Positions 1-9,146 of a DNA stretch of 64,000 bases are shown piece by piece. Below the pieces are notes generated by a model. That model worked only from the letters and a program-made list of their open reading frames with translations, made no database searches and was not told where the DNA came from. The stretch is from Candidatus Binatia bacterium (GTDB lineage Bacteria > Desulfobacterota > Binatia > HRBIN30). A program made the translations under genes and the position numbers. Positions within the stretch are counted from its first letter, which is position 1. Every line of letters starts with the position of its first letter. The stretch is taken from assembly GCA_937925685.1 (NCBI GenBank), contig CALAMI010000008.1, positions 142,191-206,190 on the forward strand, in the 5' to 3' direction.

Positions 1-1
1 G

Positions 2-1066
2 GTGGATGCGGAACCGAAGTCCTTAGACCTTGGCAACTTGTACGCAAAACCCAGTGCTGTCCGCGAGCTTCAACTCCGTGCCGAAGGGGGAAGCGATCAA
101 GCCCTGCGGTTCAAAGTGCGTGCCCTCGCGCCGGAACTGGCTGCCCATGGGAGCGCGTTGACCGTAAGCCCGGCGCTGCTTACGGAAGCCGGGAGGCAAA
201 CGCTGACCTTTGAGCTTCTCAATCCGGTGACATTGCCGCATCGAGACGGGTACCAAGGCTATGTCTGCATCGAGTCGGGGGATGAAGATGTGGTGATGAA
301 GCCAATTAGCCTGCCAGTGAGATTTCGCTTCCATCCGCGAGGCACATTCAGGATCGACGCTATCGACAAGATCGACGCACTAACGTTGCAACCAGGTGCA
401 ACGGCGACGGTGCACTATCTCTTGCAGGGAGACTCGTGGGCAAAGGGCAAGGTGAAGGTAACGCATCCTGGGGCGGAAGAAGGGTTGCGGGTTCTCATTA
501 ACGGAAGCCCCGGGGTTGTGGAAGTCGCTGCGGGTGAGACGCTTGCCGTGGAACTGCAGAACGTGGGGATGAAATCGGCAGCCGCGGTGGAGCCTCAGCT
601 CATGTTGTCGTACCCGCCGGAAACCGGCGGCCCCGCGGCCATTGCCCTCCCGCTGGTGTCCCGCCCGCTGACGTGGTGGGAAAAGTGGCGTAGGTGGTGG
701 TGGCTCTTACTGCCCTTGCTCCTGGCCATGCTGGCAAAGGCCTGGCAAATGCGCTCGTGGGGATATCTCGCCGGCACAGGTCCCCCACCCGAATGCCGGG
801 AGCTGCGCGGTAAATTGCGCGGCAGGCGGCCGGTGGATCTCGGTAAGGTTACGGGGCTCAAGGAACTCGAAGGAGTTCGAATCCAGCGCAAGGGGGCGGT
901 GCTAATGGTTAAAGGGATCGGCGACCAGCCCGGGCGCAGGCTGGAATGTGAGGGAGATCCCCTGGAGGACAACGAGCCGATTAAATTTGGCGAAGAAGTC
1001 ACGGTTGTTGTCGATGGAACAGAAAAGGGAATGTTCGTGATCTGGCGGCGAGGACAAAAGGCGTAA
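2..1066 (+). CDS. hypothetical single-pass membrane protein (N-terminus cut by window edge); first gene of the tubulin-like operon
   Basis: ORF open from the window edge to TAA at 1064-1066. Trp/Leu-rich hydrophobic segment PLTWWEKWRRWWWLLLPLLLAMLAKAW splits a beta-rich N-terminal part from a ~110 aa C-terminal domain. The stop lies 13 nt before the next ATG, and a G-rich RBS-like stretch (AAAGGGGG) precedes that ATG. Confidence 0.6.
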   Translation: MDAEPKSLDLGNLYAKPSAVRELQLRAEGGSDQALRFKVRALAPELAAHGSALTVSPALLTEAGRQTLTFELLNPVTLPHRDGYQGYVCIESGDEDVVMKPISLPVRFRFHPRGTFRIDAIDKIDALTLQPGATATVHYLLQGDSWAKGKVKVTHPGAEEGLRVLINGSPGVVEVAAGETLAVELQNVGMKSAAAVEPQLMLSYPPETGGPAAIALPLVSRPLTWWEKWRRWWWLLLPLLLAMLAKAWQMRSWGYLAGTGPPPECRELRGKLRGRRPVDLGKVTGLKELEGVRIQRKGAVLMVKGIGDQPGRRLECEGDPLEDNEPIKFGEEVTVVVDGTEKGMFVIWRRGQKA

Positions 1067-1079
1067 AAGGGGGTTTTTT

Positions 1080-3941
1080 ATGGGACCGAAGGAAACACGG
1101 AGGCTCAAGAGAACGATCTTGATTGGTTTGGGAGGTACGGGCAAGGAAGCTCTATTGAGGGCAAAGAAGAATTACGTGGGTGTATTTGGTGAAATCCCCC
1201 CGTTGGTGAAGTTCCTATTGATCGATACCACCGGCGCAGCGATTGATTGCATACGCGCCGAATATCCCGAGGGGAGGCCAGTAGAGTTGCGCTTCGAACC
1301 AAACGAGGTGCTTTTGATCGAAGCCCGAGGCGCAAGCTTATTGCCGAAAACGCACGACGAAATTCGGGACTGGTTTCCTCCAAAGGCTGACCTCAAATCC
1401 AACATTATTTCCGGAGCTGGCCAAATTCGTGCGCTTGGGCGCCTCGCATTATTTGCCAATGCTCACAGCGTTTACGAGGGCCTGCGTGCTCTTTTGTCGC
1501 AGGCGCGCGACTACAGAGTGGAACGACCGACCCAGCAACAGCGCTTTGTGTACCAGCCTTATTCCCCTCATTTGACTGTGTGCATCGTGGGTTCACTGGC
1601 CGGGGGAACAGGTGCCGGAATTTTCCTCGATGTGGCCATGATTTTGCGTGACATTCTGAAAGATGAAGACCAACTCTTCGGCTACTTTTTGCTGCCCGAC
1701 ATTTACGTGAACCGACCGGGAACTCAGAACGTCGAGGCCAATGCGTACGCTGCTCTGTGCGAGCTAGACCACTACATGAGCCTCGACGGAACGCACTCCT
1801 ACTCCTTTGGAGGACGTAGGATCGAGGTCCGTAAAAAACCATTCGACATGGTCTTCCTCGTCAACAACCGCAATCGCGCCGGAAAGAGCTTTAACCAGAT
1901 CGAGGACATGGCTGAACTTCTGGGGCTCGGCGCCTTTCTGGTCAGTGGCCCCTTGGGCAAGCAACAGGCGGATGTGTTTGACAATATTATCATGCAACTC
2001 ACCGAACAGCAGGGGGCTTTTTATGGGAAGCGGGCACACTATGCCAGCTTTGGGGTAGCCGAGCTGCGCTTCCGCCCGCGCGAAGTCGGCGCGAGGGAAG
2101 GCTATCAGGTTGCTGAAAAGGTTCTGAACGATCTGCTCCATGATGACGGCCAAAGCTGGGGGACCACGCAGTTGGAGCGCCAGATCAACACCATCAAAGA
2201 GGCGGATGTGCGCGAAAAAGTGAAGGAAAAGGTCCTAGCTAACTTTTCTCTCCCGAAGCCCTCCGAGTCGCGCGCCGACGATCCTGAGGCGTGGCAGAAG
2301 GCAAAGCAGTCGTTTGCCGAACTCGAGGAAGCAGTTCGTTCAGAAGCCCTCCAATTGCTTTCGAAGGAAGTCAAGTCTTTTGAAAAAGAGCTAGGCGATG
2401 AACTCGACAAGAATTGGCGTACGTACTACGGCTTACCTTCGTTAAAAAGGGGCGTGCAGCAGTTGCACGAGGTAGCCCAAGACTGGATCAAACAATGCAA
2501 AATGGAGACAAAAAGCGCCGAACAAACACGAGACGAAATGCATTCTGCGCTTGAACGCAATCTAAAGAACCAGCGAGGCCTCGGACGGTGGCTGGGTGAG
2601 GGAAACAAAGAGCCGAGGGTCGATCGGAGCCAGCTCAGAAGGGGCCAGGATTGGGCGATCAATGTGGGAATCGAGAGAGCCCGTCTCGCGGCGGCTGAGG
2701 ATTTGGAAAAAGCACTCAAGGAAAAGCTCGAGCAGTTTGAACGTCTGGAAAAAAGCGTAAACGAATTCCTCAAAGACTTTCAGGCTCGAGTCAATAAGCG
2801 AACTACTCAAATAGGTGAGGATTCCTCGCCGTTTACAGTCACGTTGCCGCCTCCGTACTTGGAAGCGCCGAGCGAGAGTCGTGACGGCCATGACCGACCA
2901 GCTCGAGATGCCTTAGTAAGCAAGGGATTGCAAAACCTGCTGCAAAACCCTCCCAGCGTACTCAACGAAGTCTTTATTGGCACCACTACCTCTTTGAAAG
3001 ACTGGCTGCTGCAGGTGCAGGAAAAGGACCGCAACGACCCGATCCGGGAGGCAGTGGAGTCGGCCTTGCAAGAGCTGGATAAACTTTCTGCCCCAGCGTG
3101 GGATTATCAGGAGGCTTGGCTTGCCAACCCGAAGGTGGCGCGGCGCGAGCAAGTGCATATCCTCGGTTTGGAGAACGACGATCCCAATCACCCGTTGCTG
3201 CGAATCGACGGATTTCGGCACGTTTTTGCTGCCAGCGTCGAGGCAGACCGAAAACTCGCCTGCGTGCCTACTGGCGATCCGAACAGAATTTATTTGTACA
3301 AGATCGAAGCTTCGATACCGGCATTTACGTTGCAGGGAATCGAGATCTATCGGGAAAAGTACGACGATTTTTCCAAGGATCGCAGCTTCCACGTGGAACG
3401 CCGCTTCGAGGAAGACCCACCGGAGATTTTTCCCGTGCCGCTACCAGAAACGCTGGGCAGGGTGTGGACGAAGGCGCGCCTTTTTGGGCTGATTCGGAAG
3501 AGCGAAGGCACGCCGATGTACGAATGGCGAGGAGAAGAGGATACTGGCAAGGAACGTTGGCACGCCTTGGGAAGGACGTTGCATGAGGCGTTCCAGCGCC
3601 TTCGAAAAGATTTCTTTGCGTTCAAGGAACTTGAGTCAGCCGTGGCGGAAATGGAGGAGAAAGTTTGCATCCGAAGTCGCGACGGGGTCGAGAAGTTGAA
3701 ACAGTGCTGCGAGGAGGCTCTTAAACATTGTAAAAAGCTCAGCGAGAGCGCTAAGAACGGCAACGGTGCACAAAAACTTGGTCCTGAGGATCTCGAGGTC
3801 GTAAATCGCGAGATTGATGCCCTCACCGCCTGGATCGCGGAGCTCGAAACGTATTCCGGCCCCGGTGTAGAGGACCAGTTCCCCATTCTTGAGCTGACGG
3901 GACAACCAGATGGAGCTGCACCCGACAATCATCGTCGCTAG
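1080..3941 (+). CDS. tubulin/FtsZ-superfamily GTPase-domain protein with ~600 aa coiled-coil-rich C-terminal extension
   Basis: T1-like loop ILIGLGGTGKEAL at aa 13-25. The exact tubulin signature [SAG]GGTG[SA]G occurs as AGGTGAG at aa 174-180 (nt 1599-1619). A GAG T3-like motif (ISGAGQIRALG) is present. The C-terminal two thirds are KE-rich heptad-like segments, e.g. EEAVRSEALQLLSKEVKSFEKELGDELDK. Confidence 0.8.
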   Translation: MGPKETRRLKRTILIGLGGTGKEALLRAKKNYVGVFGEIPPLVKFLLIDTTGAAIDCIRAEYPEGRPVELRFEPNEVLLIEARGASLLPKTHDEIRDWFPPKADLKSNIISGAGQIRALGRLALFANAHSVYEGLRALLSQARDYRVERPTQQQRFVYQPYSPHLTVCIVGSLAGGTGAGIFLDVAMILRDILKDEDQLFGYFLLPDIYVNRPGTQNVEANAYAALCELDHYMSLDGTHSYSFGGRRIEVRKKPFDMVFLVNNRNRAGKSFNQIEDMAELLGLGAFLVSGPLGKQQADVFDNIIMQLTEQQGAFYGKRAHYASFGVAELRFRPREVGAREGYQVAEKVLNDLLHDDGQSWGTTQLERQINTIKEADVREKVKEKVLANFSLPKPSESRADDPEAWQKAKQSFAELEEAVRSEALQLLSKEVKSFEKELGDELDKNWRTYYGLPSLKRGVQQLHEVAQDWIKQCKMETKSAEQTRDEMHSALERNLKNQRGLGRWLGEGNKEPRVDRSQLRRGQDWAINVGIERARLAAAEDLEKALKEKLEQFERLEKSVNEFLKDFQARVNKRTTQIGEDSSPFTVTLPPPYLEAPSESRDGHDRPARDALVSKGLQNLLQNPPSVLNEVFIGTTTSLKDWLLQVQEKDRNDPIREAVESALQELDKLSAPAWDYQEAWLANPKVARREQVHILGLENDDPNHPLLRIDGFRHVFAASVEADRKLACVPTGDPNRIYLYKIEASIPAFTLQGIEIYREKYDDFSKDRSFHVERRFEEDPPEIFPVPLPETLGRVWTKARLFGLIRKSEGTPMYEWRGEEDTGKERWHALGRTLHEAFQRLRKDFFAFKELESAVAEMEEKVCIRSRDGVEKLKQCCEEALKHCKKLSESAKNGNGAQKLGPEDLEVVNREIDALTAWIAELETYSGPGVEDQFPILELTGQPDGAAPDNHRR
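1599..1619 (+). other. tubulin/FtsZ T4-loop signature AGGTGAG encoded in CDS 1080..3941
   Basis: Codons gcc ggg gga aca ggt gcc gga read directly, preceded by hydrophobic strand CIVGSL. Confidence 0.8.
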
Positions 3942-6198
3942 TGGTGGGACAGCTACCGAGCTTGTCTCGTCGCTGGTTGAAGACTGGCACGCTACTCTTG
4001 GCGATGCCGCTGAAGTCGTTGCTTTTGCTGTGCCTGCGGAGTTCGACAAGTGGGGGCAAGCGATCCGCGAAATCCATGATGTATTGACGGTTGCCCGCCT
4101 GCAGCGCCTAGGGCATTGGATCGACCCTGCGATCAATGGGGTGTGGTTGGCAGAACTCCATGACCCAGAGCTGCCGCGGCTTCTATCCTCTTTGGAAAAG
4201 GGGATGCAAAGTGGGCTGACCCAAGGACGCGAACTCCGTCTTCACATGCTCTTGTTACTCCCCGACTTATTCGACGCTTCGCCCCATGAACAAGAGCTTG
4301 CGAGTGCACACATAGAGTTGCTGCGCCCCACTAAGAACGCCTCGTTCACGATGCGCGTTTGGCCTCTGTCGGTGCGCAGCCGGGCCGACCTGTATATCCA
4401 CGACGCAAAAGATCTCTTGCCCCTAGTGCAATACTTTATTGAAGCATGTTTGCTGCGCTCGTTTCCGCTCCATCCCGATGGGCGCGACAGCATAGACTGG
4501 GCGGGTCTGGGCTGCTCGGTTTTCGCCATTGGTAAGCCTCTTCCACAAAACTTGGCACACGATGTTTGGGAGGAAGTGAAAAGGACCGTAGTCCGGTCTG
4601 TAACCTCGTGTTTGCAGCCGACCTCGAGTTTGGCAGGTAGGGAAGAAGACGCCGTTGGCGTAACATCACGTGGCCAGCAGGGTTCCGCTGGGGGGGCCCG
4701 CTTTGGTCAGTTCCCTGAGCGTCAGGATAACGTTTTCGGCGAGGATTTAGAGGTCCCGCCCTGTCCGAAAATCGAGCCAGATGACATTGCCTCTGCGGAA
4801 CAGCATCCGGTGCCTCAACGGAGCGATTGCTTCGATCATCCTAAGTGGGAAACGATCGTGGCCGGTCCATGGAGGAACTATGAAAAGCAGTCGCTGTCGT
4901 CCTGTACGGAGAAAATTTCGCTCAAGGTCGAGCCTTTCGAACGAGGGATCGTGGAGGAAGGAGTCCGCGTGGCCCTGCGGTGTGGCTTGCCACAGGTAGA
5001 GGAGTATCGACGGCGCTTGGAAAGAGCGCTCTCTCGGGCAAACGCTGAGCTCGATGCGGCTTTGGAACCATTCGACCGGCTCATGGGATTAAGTCAGGGT
5101 AGGAGACATCTTTTGCGTGCGGCAGTGAGCCCCGATTTACGGGCTCTGATCGAGGAGGCTGATGAGGCACTGGATGCTTGCGACCTGGAAGCGTTCTTAC
5201 GGCACGACCAGGAGGCTCGACAAATTAGCGAGGAGCTTAGGGAGACCCAGAATCAGTTCGAATTGAACGAGAAACAATGGAAAGAGAGATTCGAGACTAA
5301 GAAGCGCGAAGACGGCGCAACGATGAGTAACGCGCGCCGTGTGTTGCGTTGGATCCTGGACTTTTCAAGAAGACTGGTCGCTCCGTGGTTTGGTTGGGAA
5401 ACACCTTCCGACAAAATTGAAGAAGATCGCGCTTGGCGAAAACGCCACTGTGACAAGGCGTGGACGCTTGTCGACAAAGCCAGCAAGCTCGAGGCGAAGA
5501 AGTGGGAGCGTAGCCGCTTTTGGTTCGAACGCTGGGCGGAGTTTCGAGTGCGGCGTGCCTACCGGGACGCTTTATTGGCTGCCTTGGAGCGTTGCCGGAG
5601 CGTTCTGTCCGCTGCAAAGCACCTCGAAGTGAAACCAATTCTTCCGGCTCAGCCGCCACTGATTTTAACCTTGAATCTCCCGCGCCCCCTCGTCCAACCG
5701 ACCGTCGAGCGACTAGCGCAAGAGCTGGTGAGGGAGCGCCTCCTCGAGGAACTGTGGGATGGCCACACCGACACCCTGGTGAGAAGACTTGTTCGTAAGT
5801 CGGAGGAGGCCATTGCCGAGCTACCTGAGCCGACCCTGGAAGAAATGTTGGATGACGACGCTTGGGCGGCGGCATTCCAGGTGGCGGCGCCCCGCGTCAT
5901 GGTTGCCCATCGCCCCGAACAGGAAATGTACACCCTTTTGTATACCCCGGGGCCATTACCACGGTTTTCGGAGAAGGTACTCGTGGATCGGTATTGGCGT
6001 TCGGGCGGCCTGGTGATGTTCCGCTGTGTGCTGCCAATCTATCCTGAGGCGTTGCTTACGGAAGCAGCCAGCCCGAGGGTCGCACGAGCGGGTCACGGTG
6101 ATGGCGCGAAACCCTACTCGGCAGGCCGCAATTTCTCCAAAAATGACGACCGGCCAAACCACCTTCTCGAAGAGGTATTTGGAGCTAATGCAGCTTGA
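3910..6198 (+). CDS. paralog of the upstream tubulin-like protein (probably degenerate, signature-less GTPase domain) with coiled-coil C-terminal region
   Basis: N-terminus TIIVASGGTATELVS aligns with TILIGLGGTGKEALL of the upstream gene. LLLLPDLFD matches YFLLPDIYV (T5-like). No GGTG[SA]G motif is found. Coiled-coil stretch EARQISEELRETQNQFELNEKQWKERFETKKRE. Start overlaps the upstream stop by 32 nt in another frame. Confidence 0.7.
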   Translation: MELHPTIIVASGGTATELVSSLVEDWHATLGDAAEVVAFAVPAEFDKWGQAIREIHDVLTVARLQRLGHWIDPAINGVWLAELHDPELPRLLSSLEKGMQSGLTQGRELRLHMLLLLPDLFDASPHEQELASAHIELLRPTKNASFTMRVWPLSVRSRADLYIHDAKDLLPLVQYFIEACLLRSFPLHPDGRDSIDWAGLGCSVFAIGKPLPQNLAHDVWEEVKRTVVRSVTSCLQPTSSLAGREEDAVGVTSRGQQGSAGGARFGQFPERQDNVFGEDLEVPPCPKIEPDDIASAEQHPVPQRSDCFDHPKWETIVAGPWRNYEKQSLSSCTEKISLKVEPFERGIVEEGVRVALRCGLPQVEEYRRRLERALSRANAELDAALEPFDRLMGLSQGRRHLLRAAVSPDLRALIEEADEALDACDLEAFLRHDQEARQISEELRETQNQFELNEKQWKERFETKKREDGATMSNARRVLRWILDFSRRLVAPWFGWETPSDKIEEDRAWRKRHCDKAWTLVDKASKLEAKKWERSRFWFERWAEFRVRRAYRDALLAALERCRSVLSAAKHLEVKPILPAQPPLILTLNLPRPLVQPTVERLAQELVRERLLEELWDGHTDTLVRRLVRKSEEAIAELPEPTLEEMLDDDAWAAAFQVAAPRVMVAHRPEQEMYTLLYTPGPLPRFSEKVLVDRYWRSGGLVMFRCVLPIYPEALLTEAASPRVARAGHGDGAKPYSAGRNFSKNDDRPNHLLEEVFGANAA

Positions 6199-7663
6199 GG
6201 AAGCATTTCCCGGTAAAGTGATCTGTAAGGGTACCGCCTTGAATCCCCCTTTCGATCGTCTACCGCGGTTCGTGGCGGAATACTTGGTGGCAAAATTTGC
6301 CCCGGAAGGTGCCGAGAATCGTCTGAGTCGTTTACGGGAATTCGTCCAGCGACATTACCCAACTTTAGAGCAACGGGAGTGGGCGAAAGATCAGCTCCTA
6401 CGCCGTGACCGCTTGGTGCTGATCGACGAACTCCGAGTGAAGCCGGATCTCACCACCGGCCTCTACACGGCGCAGTTAGCCACTTTAGGTGACGTACGAG
6501 TAACGGTTCCGAGCGAGATTTGCGACCGATACCCGGCGGTACTCTATGGTCTTTGGGGAACCCTCGAACTCCGGTACGAAAAGCGCAGCCGGGAAGCAAC
6601 GTTAAGACAATTTATCCCGTTTCAGGTCGGGGCCGATTTCCAGGAGTTCTTGCGTGGGCGTGCTCAATTTTCATTGAACGAGTGGGTCGATATCCTGCTT
6701 GGAGCCGTCGGATTCGACCCCGCACGCCTTCTGGATAGAGAGAAACAGCTTCTGTTGACCCGCCTGGCACCTTTGGTCGAGCCTCGCCTTCAACTCATGG
6801 AACTCGGACCGCGGCAGACTGGAAAATCGTTTTTGCTGAGAAATTGCTCGCCTGACGTGTTCCTGCTCTCTAGTAGTACCGTGAGTCCCGCCACCCTCTT
6901 TTACCATCAGGTATCCCGGCGGCCCGGCTTGTTGTCGGCTTATTCCGTGGTCGTATTCGACGAAATCGGTCATGGACGATGGGTGGACCGGGAGCTCATC
7001 GGAACGCTCAACGACGTGATGGAGTCCGGCAGATTCACCCGTGGCGGGCGGGCGTTTACGGTGCAAACCTCGCTGGTGTTTCTGGGGAACACGGACGACC
7101 CCTCGGTGCCTCAGACAAAGCTGTTACCGCGTGGATTGGCCGGCGAGACAGGATTTTTAGACCGGTTGAACGCCCTCATCCCGGGTCACGAGCTTCCCAA
7201 GATTAATCCGCAACTCGTCAACCACGGCGTGGGGCTGGCAGTCGATTACTTGGCTGAAATCTTGCGCTTTCTTAGGAAAAAGGACATCCACCTTGCGATT
7301 GCACACGAGTTACCGCCCCGGTGCACGGAACGCGATCTCCGCAGCGTGCGGCGCTTGGTAGCGGCCTTCGCAAAGCTGTTGTACCCGGCGGGCGACTGGT
7401 CCCTTGACCAGTTGCGCCCATGGATCGAACTGGCTTGCGAGCTGCGCGAAAAGGTTTGGGTGGAACTCTCCGCCTGGAACCCTGTGGAGTTCCCCCCGCG
7501 TCAGCGGAGAGAAGTTGTCGACAGTGGACCAAAGGGGGCTACCGCGATATCCACCCTCGCCGAGGCCGAGCGCGAACTGGGGGAAGCTGTAGGCGCAGTG
7601 TCCGAGAGCTTGGCCGAGTCGGCGAATGCCGAGGGTAACTCGAGTGCGCGAGGCGAAACCTAA
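6188..7663 (+). CDS. P-loop NTPase of unknown family (AAA/STAND-like)
   Basis: Walker A LGPRQTGKSFLL and Walker B VVVFDEIGH, with TLNDV...GG downstream. The ORF track opens this frame at 6026, but that would overlap the previous gene by 173 nt. I chose ATG 6188 because of GGAG at 6181-6184, giving an 11 nt overlap with the stop of the upstream gene. 6143 is an alternative start. Confidence 0.65.
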   Translation: MQLEEAFPGKVICKGTALNPPFDRLPRFVAEYLVAKFAPEGAENRLSRLREFVQRHYPTLEQREWAKDQLLRRDRLVLIDELRVKPDLTTGLYTAQLATLGDVRVTVPSEICDRYPAVLYGLWGTLELRYEKRSREATLRQFIPFQVGADFQEFLRGRAQFSLNEWVDILLGAVGFDPARLLDREKQLLLTRLAPLVEPRLQLMELGPRQTGKSFLLRNCSPDVFLLSSSTVSPATLFYHQVSRRPGLLSAYSVVVFDEIGHGRWVDRELIGTLNDVMESGRFTRGGRAFTVQTSLVFLGNTDDPSVPQTKLLPRGLAGETGFLDRLNALIPGHELPKINPQLVNHGVGLAVDYLAEILRFLRKKDIHLAIAHELPPRCTERDLRSVRRLVAAFAKLLYPAGDWSLDQLRPWIELACELREKVWVELSAWNPVEFPPRQRREVVDSGPKGATAISTLAEAERELGEAVGAVSESLAESANAEGNSSARGET

Positions 7664-9146
7664 CGCGAGCGCCAGGCCAGGATTGGTATCAGTCATCGTG
7701 GTGTGGAGCTGTAACTCTCTGTGGGGTGCGTGTGTTGATTCCCCGCGGCTACCGTCAGGAACGGAGGACTTTGCCCCGCGGGAGTTGGCCATCCTATTCG
7801 TCGGGGTGGGCCTGCCTACAGCAGGCGTTAGCCGCACCGTGAGATACCCTTTTGGCAGTGGGCGGAGAATGGCCGGAAAAACCTGCGTTGAGCGTTACGA
7901 TGATCAAGGGGGGTGATGGGGAGCATCGGTCAGCTGCCATTTGGCCCATCCGTGACTGCGGTGCTTTACAAACGAAGGGGCGAGAGAGCGAGCTAGCACC
8001 GTGCCCCGGACAATGTGAGGGGCGAGTGAAAGCCGCCCAGGGATTACCTGCACATTGGACACCGTGATCCCCCTACCGATCTTACTGCTTTTGAGCCTAG
8101 TACTTTGCCCGCGCCAGCTTCCCAAGGGAGCACCCTGAGCTCGCCCGCAGAATCGTCTAGCTTCGGTGGTTGCCAGGCTCCGGCACGGTCGGGCATCGAA
8201 AAGGGAACTGGCTGTGGTGCGTCTTACCGAAGAAGGAAGTTGGAGTTAAGACGTTCTGGCCAAGCGCATTGCGGCCAACGGGTCTCCGACCACTCGCCGC
8301 TGAAGCCGACCGGGGAGATGAGTTGCCGCCCGTATTCGAGGCGTCGCACCCGTGAGCACCTCTTCACCCGAAGCCGAGCTCCTGCCACATCGCTAGCTAG
8401 CTCCAAGACGAGGTGTGTCCCTGGTTCTTGCGACCGTCGGCAATTTGACTTGGATTGCCAGAACGCTGATGGCGGACGTTGATGCCGCGGACAAGCCAAT
8501 GAGTTACACGGAAACAATGCTGTTTCTGCGTTCGCGCAACGAGCGGCTTTGTGCGGGACGGAGCGCACAAAACGGATGGGCTTCAAACAGCTGAGCCAAC
8601 AGGCCAACGAGTCTACCGCAGCCTGGACCGCTCTGCTCGAGTAGGTAGCACGTGCCGAAGGGCGACCAGTTGCCGACCTCGTGTAACGAGCCGCCCTTTT
8701 CCGGGGGCACTCGAAGCCCTCGAACACTGCTGGTTGCGGACAAAGGTCGGTGCGCTCTTGGCCGCCACGTTTTGCTGGGCAACGGTCGCGGAACCTAAGG
8801 CGAGTGTGCACTGGTTTGCTTAAGTCTAATCAAAAGACCCCAAGCGGTCGCTTTGGTCACGAACGAGTCGATTTCTTACTGCAGGAGGGGAGCGCCTCGC
8901 TTCGTGGTCGACACCATGCATGAAAGCGGCACGCCCCTTTTTCCGGCGTCCAGCAATAAACGGGCCGTTATCTGCGGACCGGCGAGGGCAAAAGGAATAA
9001 ATGTTGCAGATTTTGCTTCCTCAAAGCCATCACCCACGAGAAATGGTTGGAAAATCACAAGGCCCTGTGACCTCGTAACGAAAGGGCAGTGCCCAGCCAA
9101 CCGTCGCTTGCGAAAGCGGGGCGCAAAAAAGGAAGGGAGGAAAAAC

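Noticed and set aside
842-872. tRNA-like T-arm sequence GGAGTTCGAATCC
   Set aside because: It lies inside a well-supported coding frame with no acceptor or anticodon stems around it; coincidental.
8224-8811. 195-aa minus-strand ORF (and several 60-125 aa ORFs) in the 7.7-9.1 kb gap
   Set aside because: Extremely Arg/Pro/Cys-rich with no motif structure; typical spurious frames of GC-rich DNA.
8853-9146. Upstream extension of the beta-helix ORF to ATG 8853
   Set aside because: The extension is Arg-rich and has no signal peptide, whereas GTG 9147 has a GGAGG RBS and is followed immediately by a signal peptide.
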